DNA of 64,000 bases from Octopus bimaculoides (GCF_001194135.2 NC_069005.1:5733748-5797747), one strand, 5' to 3'; numbered from the stretch's first letter, positions 1 through 13,827 are shown. Numbers and translations are program-made. Notes: generated from the letters alone by a model not told the origin.

Positions 1-229
1 GAGTCAATATAAAAAGATCTAACTCACCACCTGAGAGTAGTGGCATAGAAAACCGGGACTAAAAATATATACAAAGACAAAAGCATGGAGATCAGCCAGA
101 TGTGGGGGCACCAACTCACTGGTAAAGACCTGAACCAATTTGTATACTGTATTTTCCTGCATACAAGTCAAATTTTTCAGACAAAAATGGTAGGTCAACT
201 TTCACACCAAGACAATTGTGGAAGACCAA

Positions 230-700
230 AAATTCCATGTGAAATGCAACAGGATTTGGAAAGATAGCAAAGTTTAAATGTTAACACAATATACATCAGC
301 TTGTATGCTGGAAAATGCTAAAGCACCATTCTCTGTGTGGTGGCAGAGACACTGAAACTAATGTTAAAAGCAGAATTGGGAAGATGGCAAGAGCATTTCA
401 ATGAATGTATAAAATCTAGCCCGGAAAGAGGTCAACCACTTGTACAATACCACTGTACTACCCTATGGTGGACGCTACATGCAAGTGAAACAAGAACAAA
501 AACTAGGAAAAAGATGGTAGTCTTCCAAAAGTTTTTGAGGAAAATCTGGAGAATGCCATACCATCAGAAAGAAAAAAGTCTTAAGAAGAATGTCATGATA
601 AGGTCTCCAAGTGACAGTAACACAACAACCATGTGAATGGTTGCCACAAGAAAAAAGACAGAGAAAACCAAGGGTCACAAGACCGAAAGGCTGTCAACAG
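230..700 (+). mobile_element. Decayed non-LTR retrotransposon (RTE-like) reverse transcriptase C-terminal fragment
   Basis: Frame-broken peptides MQQDLE..., ETNVKSRIG, and HASETRT...KKMVVFQKFLRKIWRMPY resemble the RT C-terminal LYxSETW...LRKIxRI block; stops and frameshifts present. Confidence 0.6.
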
Positions 701-2454
701 ATGCTGGGAAAAAAACTGATGCAACCAATCGAGAATAGCAGAGAGTTGTCTCTTCATGTAGATATGCGCAGGATGGACTAATTTTGTTACTCTAATTACG
801 AAATTTAATACTGTTTAGCCATAGGTTGTCCTAGGTAAAGACAGTACTATGATCAAAAGACATTCCAACATGACCATCTAATCCCGTTTTTCCAAACAGA
901 ATAGGCTACATTATTTAATGCATGTATGTGTTAGTAGTCATTGAAGTGAATGCTATTTCCAGCAGGTCCAGCAACCATGAGATGTAATATTAAATATCCT
1001 TTACATATGGAAGAAACTGAATCACATTCCAAAATACAAGCAGAGATGACAGGTAGTAATGGGTTAATAGCTAAATTCTTCTAAGTGGTGCCCCAGCATG
1101 GCAGCAGTCTGATGACTGAAACAAGTAAAAATTTAAATAAAATCTAAGCAAGTAATTATAAATGTAGATAACAAAAAGTTTCAAAAACTTGCAATTAACT
1201 GAACACCCACTTTTCAATGATTGCACACAGGTCAGATGAAATTTGTTGGGGGAAGATTTTTCAACAGCTGGATGCCCTTCCTCACTTGTTTTCCAAGTAT
1301 GGCAATATTTCCCCCCTGACCAGACATGTTTCCATAGAATATTAGGCATAAAGGACACCACTTGCATGATGGTGACATTTGTTTACAACTACCCTGCAAG
1401 GTCAAAGCTTCTTTTCATTTTCTGTCTGTCACAAGGCTTTGGTCAGCCTGGGTCCACAATAGAAGACATGTCCAAGGTGCCACATCGTGAGACTGAACTG
1501 AAAACTATGTGGTTGGGAAGCAAACTTCTTACCACACAGCCTCAAATCAACAAAAATATATCCCAGTTTCATGATTTTTTTTTTTGTCACTTTCAGATGG
1601 CCACAGCTTTCTCCATCTCAATGCTAAATATCACAGCAGGGTCGTTGGTGTTAGGAAGGGCATCCAGCTGTAAAAACCATGCTAAAACAGACACAGTAGT
1701 AGCCTGGTGTAGTCTTCTAACTGGCCAGTTCCTGTCAAACCACCCAACCCAAGCGAGCACAGGAGGAAGACGTCAAATAATAATGATAGTCCAACCCCTT
1801 TCACCTCAAGCTTTGCTCAAAATGGGAAATGCTCTTAAACAAAAAGTAACATTTAGGACAAACTGCTATAGGGAACCTTTACATTGACAGCATAAAATAG
1901 CAGCCAGATCTCTTTCAGAAATACCCTATCATCTTACTAAAAGAAAGACATTTGATAATGTTGTTCAAGATACAAACTGTAAAATGGTAAAGAAAAAAAA
2001 TGGTATGGTCACAGCTGGAAGGCTTTTGATCAGAGGTCTCCAGGATAAATATGCAGTAGCAGTTTGCTCTTCACAAAGTACACTCAGACATAGAAACAGG
2101 GATTAATTACAGAAGGATATGTTAACACCAGATCAGGGTTCATTTAAGTCACCCTCAACAAAGCTGGCATTGAAATTAAAGCAGTTTCAGATTTCTGGAG
2201 AGGTGGATGTAACCCGTCACCCATTTGGCCCTTAACTGTAACTGAATCCATGGTTTTATATTATGAAACTATATGAACTCATTTTCGTTTATGATGGCAA
2301 GACATAGGGAAAGACACTCATAATCACTCAGTCACTCAACTAAGAGTAAAACCGGCTTTTACTTTCATGAAGCAAACTAGAACAGTTGAAGCTATACATT
2401 TCACATAGAAAAGGGGAAAGTCAGGTTTCTGAAATTAAGGATTAAATTTGTGAA

Positions 2455-2927
2455 CATTATTTACATTTGACGGATATTTGTCCTCATCTTGTTTGTTGTT
2501 AACGTTTCAGCTGATATACCCTCCAGCCTTCATCAGGTGTCTTAGGGAAATTTCGAACCTGGGTTCTCATTCCTAAGGTATTTTTCGATATTATTATTAT
2601 TCAGGTCACTGCCTGGATTCAAACTTGAAATCTTGGGCTTAGTAGCCCGCGTGCTTAACCACTACACCATATACCCATGGTGGTTAAGAGCACGGGCTAC
2701 TAACCCCAAGATTCTGAGCTCAATTCCCGGCAATGACCTGAATAATAATAATGATAATAATATCGAAAAATACCTTAAGAATGAGAACCCAGGTTCGAAA
2801 TTTCCCCAAGACACCTCATGAAGGCTGGAAGGTATATCAGCTGAAACATTAACAACAAACAAGATGAGGACAAATATCCGTCAAATGTAAATAATGTACA
2901 TAATTATTCATCTCTTAAATATAGAAC
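2455..2927. mobile_element. Inverted (head-to-head) tRNA-headed retroelement with Penelope-like tail, flanked by a 12-bp direct repeat
   Basis: Arms ~2454-2667 and ~2676-2897 are reverse complements; tRNA-like A/B-box heads lie at the centre; TAAATTTGTGAA occurs at 2443-2454 and 2928-2939. Confidence 0.75.
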
Positions 2928-3362
2928 TAAATTTGTGAAGACAAAAAGGGATCTGGGTTTTCACAAGAAATTGAAGAAATTTAGATAATATAGTGTTAAA
3001 ACCCTCACAAAAATTCAAACGTTTCCTTCAGTAATATAACAGTTCAAAAGTACAAATTTGTGGAGAAAATAAAAATTTTAGAGGAATATTATGTATTTTT
3101 ATTTTCAAAACAGTTGCAACATTCCTCATCCAATGTGCCACTCACCATCTCATCGAGGAAATTCCAAGTATTATTCTCCTTAACATAAAGAATTTAGATC
3201 TCACTTGATCACAGACCCTTCTTTCTATGCATTAGTGAGTGAGGATAAAAGCCACCTGGCTATTTAGTCTGAAGCATTCTAAAATAATATTCCAATGTCT
3301 AAAAACCAAAACTAACCCATTCAGAAACAACCTATTCAATCTGCATATAAACCAATTTTTAT

Positions 3363-3364
<2 letters not shown>

Positions 3365-3419
<55 letters not shown>
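3365..3419. repeat. (CA)n microsatellite
   Basis: Pure AC run seen directly. Confidence 0.95.
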
Positions 3420-3425
<6 letters not shown>

Positions 3426-3884
3426 ACCATATAACCACTGAAACAATTGTATATAGATTCAAAAATCTATTATGGCAACCAGCTGGAGCAACAACCTCTC
3501 ATGAAGAGTCCAAAAGAAATGTTTCAAGTAAAAGAATAAGTGGAACTAGCAAACATAGTAAACACGATTACACAGAATATCACAGCAGTAAACTCAACAG
3601 AAGTATCTAGAAGAAATATATTTGTTATAATGAATTATAGGTGATAGACCTACTTACAGATGGTAAGGTAGTCAGGAATGAAATATAACTAAAATGTTGT
3701 ATGGAAAGTCAATTGTCAGAACTATCCCTATTTCGGGATGGTAGAACTAATCCATGGAACAGTTTAATACCACCACCAGGCCCACTGGTAACTGTAATAT
3801 AACCCCAGTCTCCTGCTGAGGATGTATAAGAGACACAGAATGAAGTCATAGGGATGTCCTTTCCTATGAAAATATTTTTAAGGT

Positions 3885-4050
3885 GCAGGCCTGGCAACCA
3901 TGTGGTTAAGCAGCTCGCTTTGCAATCAAATGATTTTGAGCTCAGTCCACTACAGCACATTGGACAAGTGCCTTCTACTATAGCCCCAGGCAGACCAATG
4001 CCTTGCAAATGGATTTGGTAGGCACAAACTGTGCTGAAGCATGTAATGCA
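3885..4050 (+). mobile_element. tRNA-derived SINE family 1, 5' part, decayed
   Basis: tgtggttaag...cagtccactacagcacattggacaagtgccttctactatagcc matches other window copies such as 37224-37560. Confidence 0.7.
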
Positions 4051-4455
4051 TGTGTGTATTTATCCTTGGGTCAGACTCCATGTGTCAGATGAAATTTGTT
4101 GAAGGAGGTTTTCCACAGCTTGATGCTGTCACCGACCCTCAACCATTTCTAAACATATATCCCCCTAATTCTTCAATTATGGACACCTTTGTGGAAGATT
4201 GCAAACAAAAAACACTTCCAGGCCATTTACAATTAGTGTATGAAAACAAAAAGAAACAAACACACACACACACACAAATGCTTATACAACAGATGTCTAA
4301 GTTTCTGATTAACAAATTCACTCACAAGCCTCTGGCTGACCTAAAGATATAGAAGACACTTGCCCCCCAAGTTGCAAGGCAGTGGAACCAAACCAAAAAT
4401 CATAGTTGCAAAGTGAATTTCCTCAACACACAACCATGCTTGAAACCACTTCATA

Positions 4456-4495
<40 letters not shown>

Positions 4496-4849
4496 TAACC
4501 CCAATTAGTACAGGCCTATGATCAATGGTATCCCTTTTGTAAATTTATTTCTGTTGAAATACAGATTTTGTTTCAGTTTGAAAATCAGGAAGAATTTAGT
4601 AAAATTATTCATTATTAAGTTGTTGTTTGGAAGATAAACCTAAAAGGATTAAATTAAGATCCTTTAAAACAGAAAGCTCATATCATAGAACAGTTTCAGG
4701 TGGGTTTGTATTAAAATGGTTAAGACAGTTGAGTATGATCTGAGAGAGATACAGCTGCCATTTTTGGCAAGTGGAGCAACCACATAGAGACCTCCTCATG
4801 TATTTGAGGCAGATTGCATTGATTGTATACTTCTGTTGTCATTCACCTT

Positions 4850-5560
4850 TTGAGCCGACTCCAATCAATGAATCCATATCAATGCACACAGAAAACAACC
4901 ACACCCAATGATCACAAATCATCAACCAGTCGTGCTTCCAACAGCAGACACCATACATGCAAGGACCAGAGATCCAATGAAGATCCAACTTAATCATACC
5001 AATTCACATTTTCAGCTACCTATCTTACTGTTTCTACCAACCAAGAAGGAGTTCTAGAACAACTGCGTCATGGATGAATCACCCCCCATGGATGACAAAT
5101 TATACGATTAACCAATAAAGACACCCTTTCGGCAAAAGGCGTGAGAAGGAATTAATCCAGCAGTAGTGAAAGTCTTTGTCCAAAGCACAAACACAAAAAC
5201 TGTGCCACGGCAAAAGTGGCCAAATAATTCCAGCCTGCGTGAGTCTACCACTCCTATTGGCCATGTCTTACAGCTGTAGAGCAGAATGGGGTGAATGATC
5301 AGTTAGAAGATGCAAATTTTGGTAACTATGTGGATCTCTGATTTCAATCAAAGTCACCTTTGGCAATAACCCACACACTCGGCTGATGTAGACATCTGGC
5401 TCATCTTTACCATAAATAACGGCAGAGAAAGTAACATCAAAATACCAAGGTACAAAATATTTTTGATTAGTTTCTTCCAGAATTTCTCTACTGAGTACAA
5501 TTGGAGACCCTTTTCAGAGAATACGGTCTTTGTCATGGCTGGATTTGACTTTCATGCAGC
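4850..5560 (-). mobile_element. Decayed RTE-like LINE reverse transcriptase fragment
   Basis: Minus strand gives ILYLG... and PILLYSCKTWPIGVVDSRRLELF, matching the RT YLG and LLYxCETWP motifs; frame disrupted. Confidence 0.6.
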
Positions 5561-6577
5561 CAGTAGACACTACAATACTCAATGGCGGAGTGTAGTTATT
5601 GCTAATTACTGCTAGGGCATAAAAAGAGACAATTGTTAACCAGGACCAGATCCCTACAAAGTGAATTCATACCGGATAATGTATAAGCGAAGGGGAAGAA
5701 CAATGCTCAGAGCCCATTTACAGGCCACCACCACACCTCTTAAAACAAAGATAATACGGTAACTAATGTTCAGTTTATACAGGGGTAGATGAGTAACTGA
5801 AGAGAAAAGATGGCTAGAAGAGTTCTAGTGGAAGAGAGATTACATGAAAATAGAGGAGAGAGAGAGAAAGACAGTAATGCTTACAAGAGAAGCAAGGACA
5901 CTGTAGAAATGTAAGTTGAGGATAGCAGAGAGAGAGAGAGAGAAGAGCCAAGATCATTTCAGTAAACAAATGATAGAAAAGTGAGGTCCTCCTAACAGGC
6001 AACTAGCCAGGCCTTACATTAGATACAATCAGAATGTGTATGAGAGTAGAAGAGTGCCTGGTGGGTTATGTGCAAGTTGTATTAGTGGTGTATGGACACT
6101 ATAAAGTTAAGCAGCTGTTCTGGGCTATCAGTATATATATAGAGAGAGAGGTTTTTATATAATGTTAAAAAGATATCTACAATTTTATTGAGCATTTCTT
6201 GTCTATTTTTGCCCAGCTAAGAATATACTTTCTAATATATAAAATAAGAAAAAGTATTTCTTCATTCTGCACATTTTGCACCACCCAATGTTATTACAGA
6301 AATTTTTTTATATTGGGCGGGTGGGGAAATCATCTACCATTTTTAAATGTTCAATCAAATTATTCACATGTTTAGTAAAATATAAAGACAAAACATAGTA
6401 TGATTGTATGTACATATGACTTCGACCAATTAGAACTAGCAGATTCACAAAAGATGTTGAGTTTAATCTTGAACGTTGGCACACTTCCACTGTGCAAATT
6501 AAAATAAGATTAAAGAAATTAAATTTGCTTTCTATTTCAAGAGTTTTTCACTAAGCTAAGCTGACATCTATTGATTA

Positions 6578-6748
<171 letters not shown>

Positions 6749-7399
6749 TTAAAGAAACTTCTTATATTCTATAAAGAAATAAAACAATACCCCAAAAAAG
6801 TATCTTTTAAAATGTCAAAGAAAGGTAATAACACATTTTATTGTTTTATATCTTTTATTAAGAAAATGCTTTTTTTTTAAATTTTTTCTTTGTCTTTATT
6901 TTACCATAGAGAGAAGTGCAACATACTATAATATAGGAAAGACACTACAAACGTCTGTAATACAAGAACCCCATTAAATTAATCACACACAAATTAAAAC
7001 ACTCCATTATCAGTGACCTTGTTATGGTTGCAGCTGTAATGGTTAAATTACTAGTCTGATATTCCTTGGTAGCATTAGAATGCAATAGGGCTTTGGTGAT
7101 CTCGTTGCTTCTCAGACCAGGAAATCAACAGGCCATATTGACTGCTAAAATAACTATTTGTACATAGATACCGGGAAGCATAGCAATGACCAGTAAAGAT
7201 CATGTTTGCCTTATCAGCTATGTAGTTAGAGGGTTGTGTAGTCAGAGATTTGAAGTTGGAAGCAATTATTGGGCTACTGGATTGGGTGACATAAAAAAAA
7301 AAAAACATCAATTCAAACTAATATGTAATATAATAGAGAAATTTCCAATTTCACCAGGCAACACTATATCTTCATTTTAACACCCACTTTTCCGTTTTG

Positions 7400-7589
7400 C
7401 AAGGGTCAGACAGAGTTTATTTGAGGCATATTTTCCACAGCTACCTGCCCTGCCTGTTTCCAAGCAAGGTAATATTTCCCCAAATCCAGAGATTGCAGAA
7501 TATTGGAAATGAATGACGCTGACACTGCTTGTGTGATAGTGACAATCATTTACAACCATCATTCAATGCACAAAGCCAAGACAAGAAGG

Positions 7590-7633
<44 letters not shown>

Positions 7634-7790
7634 ACTTCTTTCAGTTTCTGTCTACCAAATCCATTCACAAAGATTTAGTCAACCTGAGGCTATAGAAGAA
7701 AACACCTGCCCAAGGTGTCATGCAGTGGGACTGAACCCAGAACCATGTAGGTGAGAAGCAAACTTCTTACCACTCAGCCTGCACCTATAA
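7400..7790 (-). mobile_element. Composite of an RTE-tail-like repeat and a SINE family 1 5' part with a (CA)n spacer
   Basis: 7630-7785 is the reverse complement of the SINE head seen at 37224. Confidence 0.65.
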
Positions 7791-8388
7791 TTTTACAGAT
7801 ACTGATTGTANNNNNNNNNNNNNNNNNNNNNNNNNNNNNNNNNNNNNNNNNNNNNNNNNNNNNNNNNNNNNNNNNNNNNNNNNNNNNNNNNNNNNNNNNN
7901 NNNNNNNNNNNNNNNNNNNNNNNNNNNNNNNNNNNNNNNNNNNNNNNNNNNNNNNNNNNNNNNNNNNNNNNNNNNNNNNNTATTGGATAATTTTGGCTTT
8001 ATTTAATAACCTTTCATTAAATTACATTAAATTTTATATTCAATCAATGCTTTAATCTTGAAAAAGAAGGGTTATCTTACGAGTTTGTTTCTTTTAAAAT
8101 GGTCGTTTGGTAAATTGCTTTAGGTGTTCAATCTTTTTTCAACTGGTAAACAAAAATGTTCCTAACTTTATAATGCATTTCATCATTTAACGTCCATGTA
8201 AGGAAATATAAATAAACCAGCCATCATATACCTTAATAGTATTTTGAGGAAAGACTGCCCCCCCCCCCACCAGTCTTTCTTGGATGCTTCGTCTTAAGCT
8301 TAATTGCTCGTAACTTCTTTAATGAATTATCTTTTACTGGTTTCAGTCATCAGACTGTAGCCATGTAAGGGCACTGCATTAAATAGAT

Positions 8389-8504
8389 GCTCACAACACC
8401 TGGGTATCCAAAGCAGTCAACCATCCAGGTACGAACTAGGCTCAACATTTAACTTTGGTGATCAGATGAGAACTGGTGCTTTCAGCATGAAATAGTCATT
8501 AAGC
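8389..8504 (-). pseudogene. Decayed 5S rRNA copy
   Basis: Reverse complement GCTTAATGACTATTTCATGCTGAAAGCACCAGTTCTCATCTGATCACCAAAGTTAA...GTACCTGGATGGTTGACTGC...CCAGGTGTTGTGAGC is colinear with metazoan 5S rRNA, with many CpG-type substitutions and a small internal deletion. Confidence 0.8.
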
Positions 8505-8529
8505 AGAGCAGGACTACTACAGCCTTGGA

Positions 8530-8736
8530 CCCTTTCGATACCAAACCGCCTGAAACCGCCTCTGTAGTACAAATGTCTTGTTTTCATAAGTTTTGAATTA
8601 AAATCTTTCCCCAAACCTTAGTGACAATTTATGTTCCTAACATTAGCTTAGTTATTTCACTAAACTCTGTTATATTTAAAATTAATTAAAAGAAACACAG
8701 AGCATCTCAAGAGAAATATGGTAACAAAAGGGTTAA
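8530..8736 (+). mobile_element. piggyBac-type MITE family A
   Basis: CCCTTTCG...AAAAGGG termini, TTAA on the right; same family as 56820-57300. Confidence 0.75.
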
Positions 8737-9051
8737 ACCCAAATTTTAACAGGTTAGGATCCTAAAAAGTAGTCTAAAGATTTATTCATTTGCATTGGTA
8801 GACATCTATGCGGTAGATTTTCAATCAATATAAGAAATATATCATTAATTCTAATTACAGATAATGGAGCCAGAGTCAATGGTATCATAAAACTTTAGAA
8901 TGGAGGATTTTGTATATCAAACCGACAGTCCTGTAAAATCATGAATGAATTTGTTAGGCAAAAACTGGAAGAAGCATGTATGAATCTATGTTACCACCAC
9001 TTGACAGCCAGTGTTGGTTTATTTATATGTTCCCAAAATTTAGTGGGTAAA

Positions 9052-9245
9052 CCCTTTCGTTACCAACCCGCCTGGCTCTGAGTACAAACCCAACTGGCTC
9101 TGAGTACAAATGTCTTATTTCCATAAGTTTTGAATTAAAATCTTCCACCAAGCCAGAATTTATGTTCCTAACACTAGCGTTATATTTAAAATAATTGAAA
9201 GAAACACAGAGCATCTCAACAGAAATATGGTAACAAAAGGGTTAA
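9052..9245 (+). mobile_element. piggyBac-type MITE family A inserted in a SINE family 1 copy
   Basis: CCCTTTCGTTACC...GGTAACAAAAGGG-TTAA; SINE sequence continues on both sides (about 8990-9390). Confidence 0.75.
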
Positions 9246-12123
9246 ACAAAAAGAGATCAATAAAACAATAGAATAAGTATCAGGTTTTAAAAGAAAAGTA
9301 CTGGGGTCAAATTCTTTGACTAAACCCTTTGAGGCAGTGCCTTGGCCAAAGCCTTAAAGAATGAAACAAGGTAAAAGTTATACTTTAGAGGAACAAGGTA
9401 AATGTTGCTGAGTAAAGTAAAACTTTTAAAACATTCTTAAAGCAACTGTGAAACATTGATAATGTCAATTTAGTGGGGTACCTTGAGTACACGAATACAC
9501 AATGGTAGAGGCAAAGCTGACAAGAGACAATTGCCAAAGGAAAGCAGTCTGTATAGTTGCTACATAAAAGAGCAGTAGTAAGAGAATCACTGCCACCAGC
9601 CTACCTAAATTGGAATGCCAGCCATACAGGTTGGTGAAACATGAGTAAGCACTCAAAGAAAACAAGACAGGTAAGTCAAGGCAGTAAAGGATTATTTGTA
9701 GAAGATACAGATAATAATAAAAAAGAAGAAAAAAAAAAGAAACAACAGAAAAAAAGCTTTCAGTTATTGATTATTTTCGAATTAACCAATACAACAGTTA
9801 AAATTAGCATTAACGAAAACAGCATGCTTGCCATGAAAGCTGATGTGACAGAAACAGAGGAAAGACTAGACAAGGTTTATGAGAAAAAGAAAAAGGTCAA
9901 CGGTTTATCACAATGACTAATGGTATTTTAACCAAGATTATTCCTTTTTGTATACCTAAGCCTACATTTTCCATGAAGGAATTTAGCTGCTCTATCTAGC
10001 GAGTCGATTATAGAAAGATTGACAATAGATGATGGTAGTAGTTGAGTTTCATATATCTCCAGAGGATTGTAAATGTTAAAGAAACTGATATACAAAAGAA
10101 TGCATTATCAGTGAACTAAATTTAGGACCTGAAGAACAGGATTCCATATGCAAGATATTGAGAGGACCGACTGTATTCCATTATCATGTTGTCCCTTCAA
10201 TGTCAACCCCATAAACTTAGAAATGTATACACCCATGAGAACTTTTCTCTGATTTCATTGTAGACATCAAAACGAAGAGATTAAGGAGAAAATCTGTATG
10301 AAACTAATAATAGTAACATTTTTTTTACAGACCAACTTCATAAGAAGCAGAGTTAAGTATGTAGGTAATACAACTCTAATAGGTACATAAAGTACATTGG
10401 TATTAAGTGTACTGGACAGCTGATATTAAGAGCAGCTTAAGACCAAAGGTTACGGCAGGCATAGTTTGTAGTAACAAACCAATTCTATTACCTAATTTGA
10501 TTCAGTGCTGGAATTAATGCCAATGATAACGAAGTTTGAAACAAGTCTTGAGAATACAAGACTTACTATGATGATCAAAAGTTTAATAAACAATACAGTT
10601 TATTAGATATGTGTACATGAAAAAGATTGGTTTAAAGCTAATTATCCATGAAGAATGTTGAGGGGAGGGAAGGAGAGAAAGAAATATAACGGTTTTGACA
10701 TACAAGATCATGATTTCAAGAAAAGCATAACCAACAAGGTCTGTAAACTAACATGGTATTGATTGCTTGGTAGTGAGCATGCAACTTAGACAATTCTATA
10801 ATACAATGGATGCCCACAAGTAAAAATCTAATTACACCAAATAACAGATAGATTGGATAGTTTATCAGAATGAGATTTTCATGAAAGACAATATTTGCAA
10901 TAAAGCTTTTAACACAAATGTAGATTTGACCTTCAAAATATTTGACTGTTTTTGCTTCTTTTTTTTATATAAAATCTTGTACTTTTAAATCAGAAAACTT
11001 TAATAAAATAATTGAAAATTTATTTTTGAACTATCGATATCATAATATGCATTATATTAAAATCAAGACTGCTAAACAGGCTTTCTATTTTAAGGAAACA
11101 GTTCAGCCTTGATTAACTGCCGATCAACTCATTTAAAGTCCACTTTTCCATGCTTGCATGGGTTGGGCTGAGTTTATTTGATGTATATCTTCTATGGCCA
11201 AATTCCTTCTTGTCATCAACCTTTACCCATTTCCAAGCAAGGTTAATATTTTCCTCCCCTGGCCAGACGTTCTTGTAGAAATGACACTGCTTGTATGAGT
11301 GACACTCATTTACACCTAATTAGATGTCAAGACAAGGAGATACAAACACACACAAACCCACAGGCTTTTCTTTCAGTTTCCACCAACCAAATCCATTCAC
11401 AAGGCTTTGGTCAGCCCAGTGCTATAGTAGAAGACACTTGCCCAAGGTGCCTCACATTCCCTAAAATTGAGCACTGCTCTAATAAAAAATTTTAAAAAAA
11501 CTCATCAATAATCTCACATCAACACCACATTCTTAAATCATACCTTATCTTTAGAGAAAAAAAAAATCAGGTTTCATAATATAATCCTAAATACACAAAG
11601 ACAATATGGTTATGACCAGAATGGCTTCGATTGCAAGGTCTACTTCATCAGGACTGATTTAAGCAAAACACTTCTTTGCATTCAAAACCATTTCATCTTG
11701 GACCACTTCCACAGTTGCAGTCATACTAACCTGGTTAACCATTATTCCCCTTCTTTTTATTATCCATCTACCTCACTCCTTAGAAATAAGGAAACAATGT
11801 TTTAAACATTATTCCAAGAACAACCATCCTGTGGTGCTTCTTGCCATGTATTTTCCACACAATATTAACTTCCAGTTTTCTCAAACACGAGATTAATCTT
11901 AATCTTAGATTAAGTAATCTCCGAAAGCTCCCATAGGCCCTAATTTTTCTTCCTATTCAGACCGACCTATCCTTTAAGATTGATATCATCCACCTACAAC
12001 TAATGCACAATACGATGATATTTTCGCAATTCGTAGCAATGAAAGGGAATGAGTCATTGTCTGTGTAGTAAGAGAATCTGTGCTACTTTAGTAACTTCAC
12101 CCATCAAATGTCACATTTTCTTT

Positions 12124-12323
12124 TTAACCCTTTAGCATTTAAACCGGCACATCCGGCCCAAATATGCCTCCCGTTGTATGTTCAAATTGGCCAGAAAAAG
12201 TCTCACACACACATCCTATAACATCATTCTAAACATCGTCAAAATCTCAAATCTATGAGATAACACATAATTATGAACAAATAAGCTTTACACTTGTCAG
12301 TAATTTGAACACTAAAGGGTTAA
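12124..12323 (+). mobile_element. piggyBac-type MITE family B
   Basis: TTAA-CCCTTTAG...CTAAAGGG-TTAA. Confidence 0.8.
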
Positions 12324-13489
12324 ACAACTTCTACTTCTCCAATTCTCTGTTTTGCAGATTTTGAAAACACTAAGAAGAAATGAGCCTCCATGTGAGCTAA
12401 CAAGGACGGCTCTATCTATTCACTTGTCCTACAAGAATACGGAAATCTCTCAAACCACACTTGACAGTCTATAAAGGGAAGGGGAATAAATATGGTCCTA
12501 GGAATTGTAAGTCTGAAAGGAAAACAAGTGGTCATAGTATAAAGTCTGGTTAATTTATTGGATCAAACCCAACTAAAGGATATACTACAAGTACATCAGC
12601 CCATCCAGAACCCAGTCTATTTTTTTTTAATGATTTAATCAGGAAGGGAGGGATTTATTCCCCAGATCAGAAACTTAAAGAGGATTCCACCAAAGGAATC
12701 CAAGGACCAGATGAAAGTGTTAAACTGAGCCAAGAACTGGAACAAGCCTCTTTAACAAGCTTCTACACAGTTTCCGTCTACTACTGGGATTGACTCCAAA
12801 ATCACATAATTGTCAATTCCAAATGTCTACAGTAATACTGCAGCAGATTCCAGGAGTGAAGCCAGAGTGTTGACGCTTTGAAGATAAAGGTGCTTTATCA
12901 ATTAAACAAGACACTAATCCAGACAAATTATCAACAAGATTTATACATTTTCAGATTTAAATCCAATTTCCAATTAGCTGCTGAATATTTTTCATGTTAA
13001 TTTATAGATGGTTAAACTTGGTGTATAACCTTGCCAGTTATTAAACTAATCTCTCTGCATACTCCTCATTCTCCTCCTCCTCACACAGGACCAGAAGTTC
13101 ATTGCTAAAAACAATAACCACCAGATGTAAACTGGAATAAAACCAGTGTTAAGAAGTTTTAAATCAAACTATCTGCAAAAACAGTAAAATAAATTCAGAA
13201 AGACAGTAATTACAAAGCGTGACAACGTTAAGAAAATCTATTAATATATAACTGGCATGAATAACCTTTTCCAAGAAGTGGGTTGCATGAGACACAGCTC
13301 ATTATCAGGCGGACAACATTACTAAAAATATTCAGGCGTGCCATTCAGAAAGTCCCATGAGTCACAGGGTGTCCACGACGGATTGAGAAAAACCATGTCA
13401 TGAGATAAGACAATACTAATGATTCCAAACAAAAGAATTCAGCCTAGAAACATCACTGTTTCTTCACTTTTTAAACATATTGCACATAA

Positions 13490-13827
13490 GATGTACCATC
13501 CTGAGCGTGACCGTTGCCAGTACCGCCTGACTGGCCTTGTAGGGTTTTCGAGCGAGATCGTTGCCAGTGCCCCTGGACTGGCTCTTGTGCGGGTGGCACA
13601 TAAAAGACACCATTTCGAGCGTGGCCGTTTTCGTGCGGGTGACACGTAAAAGCACCCACTACACTCTCTGAGTGGTTGGCGTTAGGAAGGGCATCCAGCT
13701 GTAGAAACTCTGCCAAATTAGATTGGAGCCTGGTGTTGCCATCCGGTTTCACCAGTCCTCAGTCAAATCGTCCAACCCATGCTAGCATGGAAAGCGGACG
13801 TTAAACGATGATGATGATGATGATGAT
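13490..13827 (+). mobile_element. RTE-tail-like SINE or LINE 3' end with (GAT)n tail, relatively young copy
   Basis: ...gcgttaggaagggcatccagctgtag...gcatggaaagcggacgttaaac(gat)n; CpGs retained; related copies at 18145, 41990, 50230 and 62780. Confidence 0.75.

Noticed and set aside
1243-1887. 214-aa plus-strand ORF
   Set aside because: It runs across adjacent SINE and RTE-tail fragments, with no recognisable domain or splice context.
2676-2750. tRNA-like sequences here and at other SINE heads
   Set aside because: No complete cloverleaf, and each continues into a repeat body, so they are not tRNA genes.
9900-10700. Unique-looking stretch with short open frames (e.g. ECIISELNLGPEEQDSICKILRGP)
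   Set aside because: Frequent stops and no motif I can recognise; possibly a decayed element, and a translated search would be needed.
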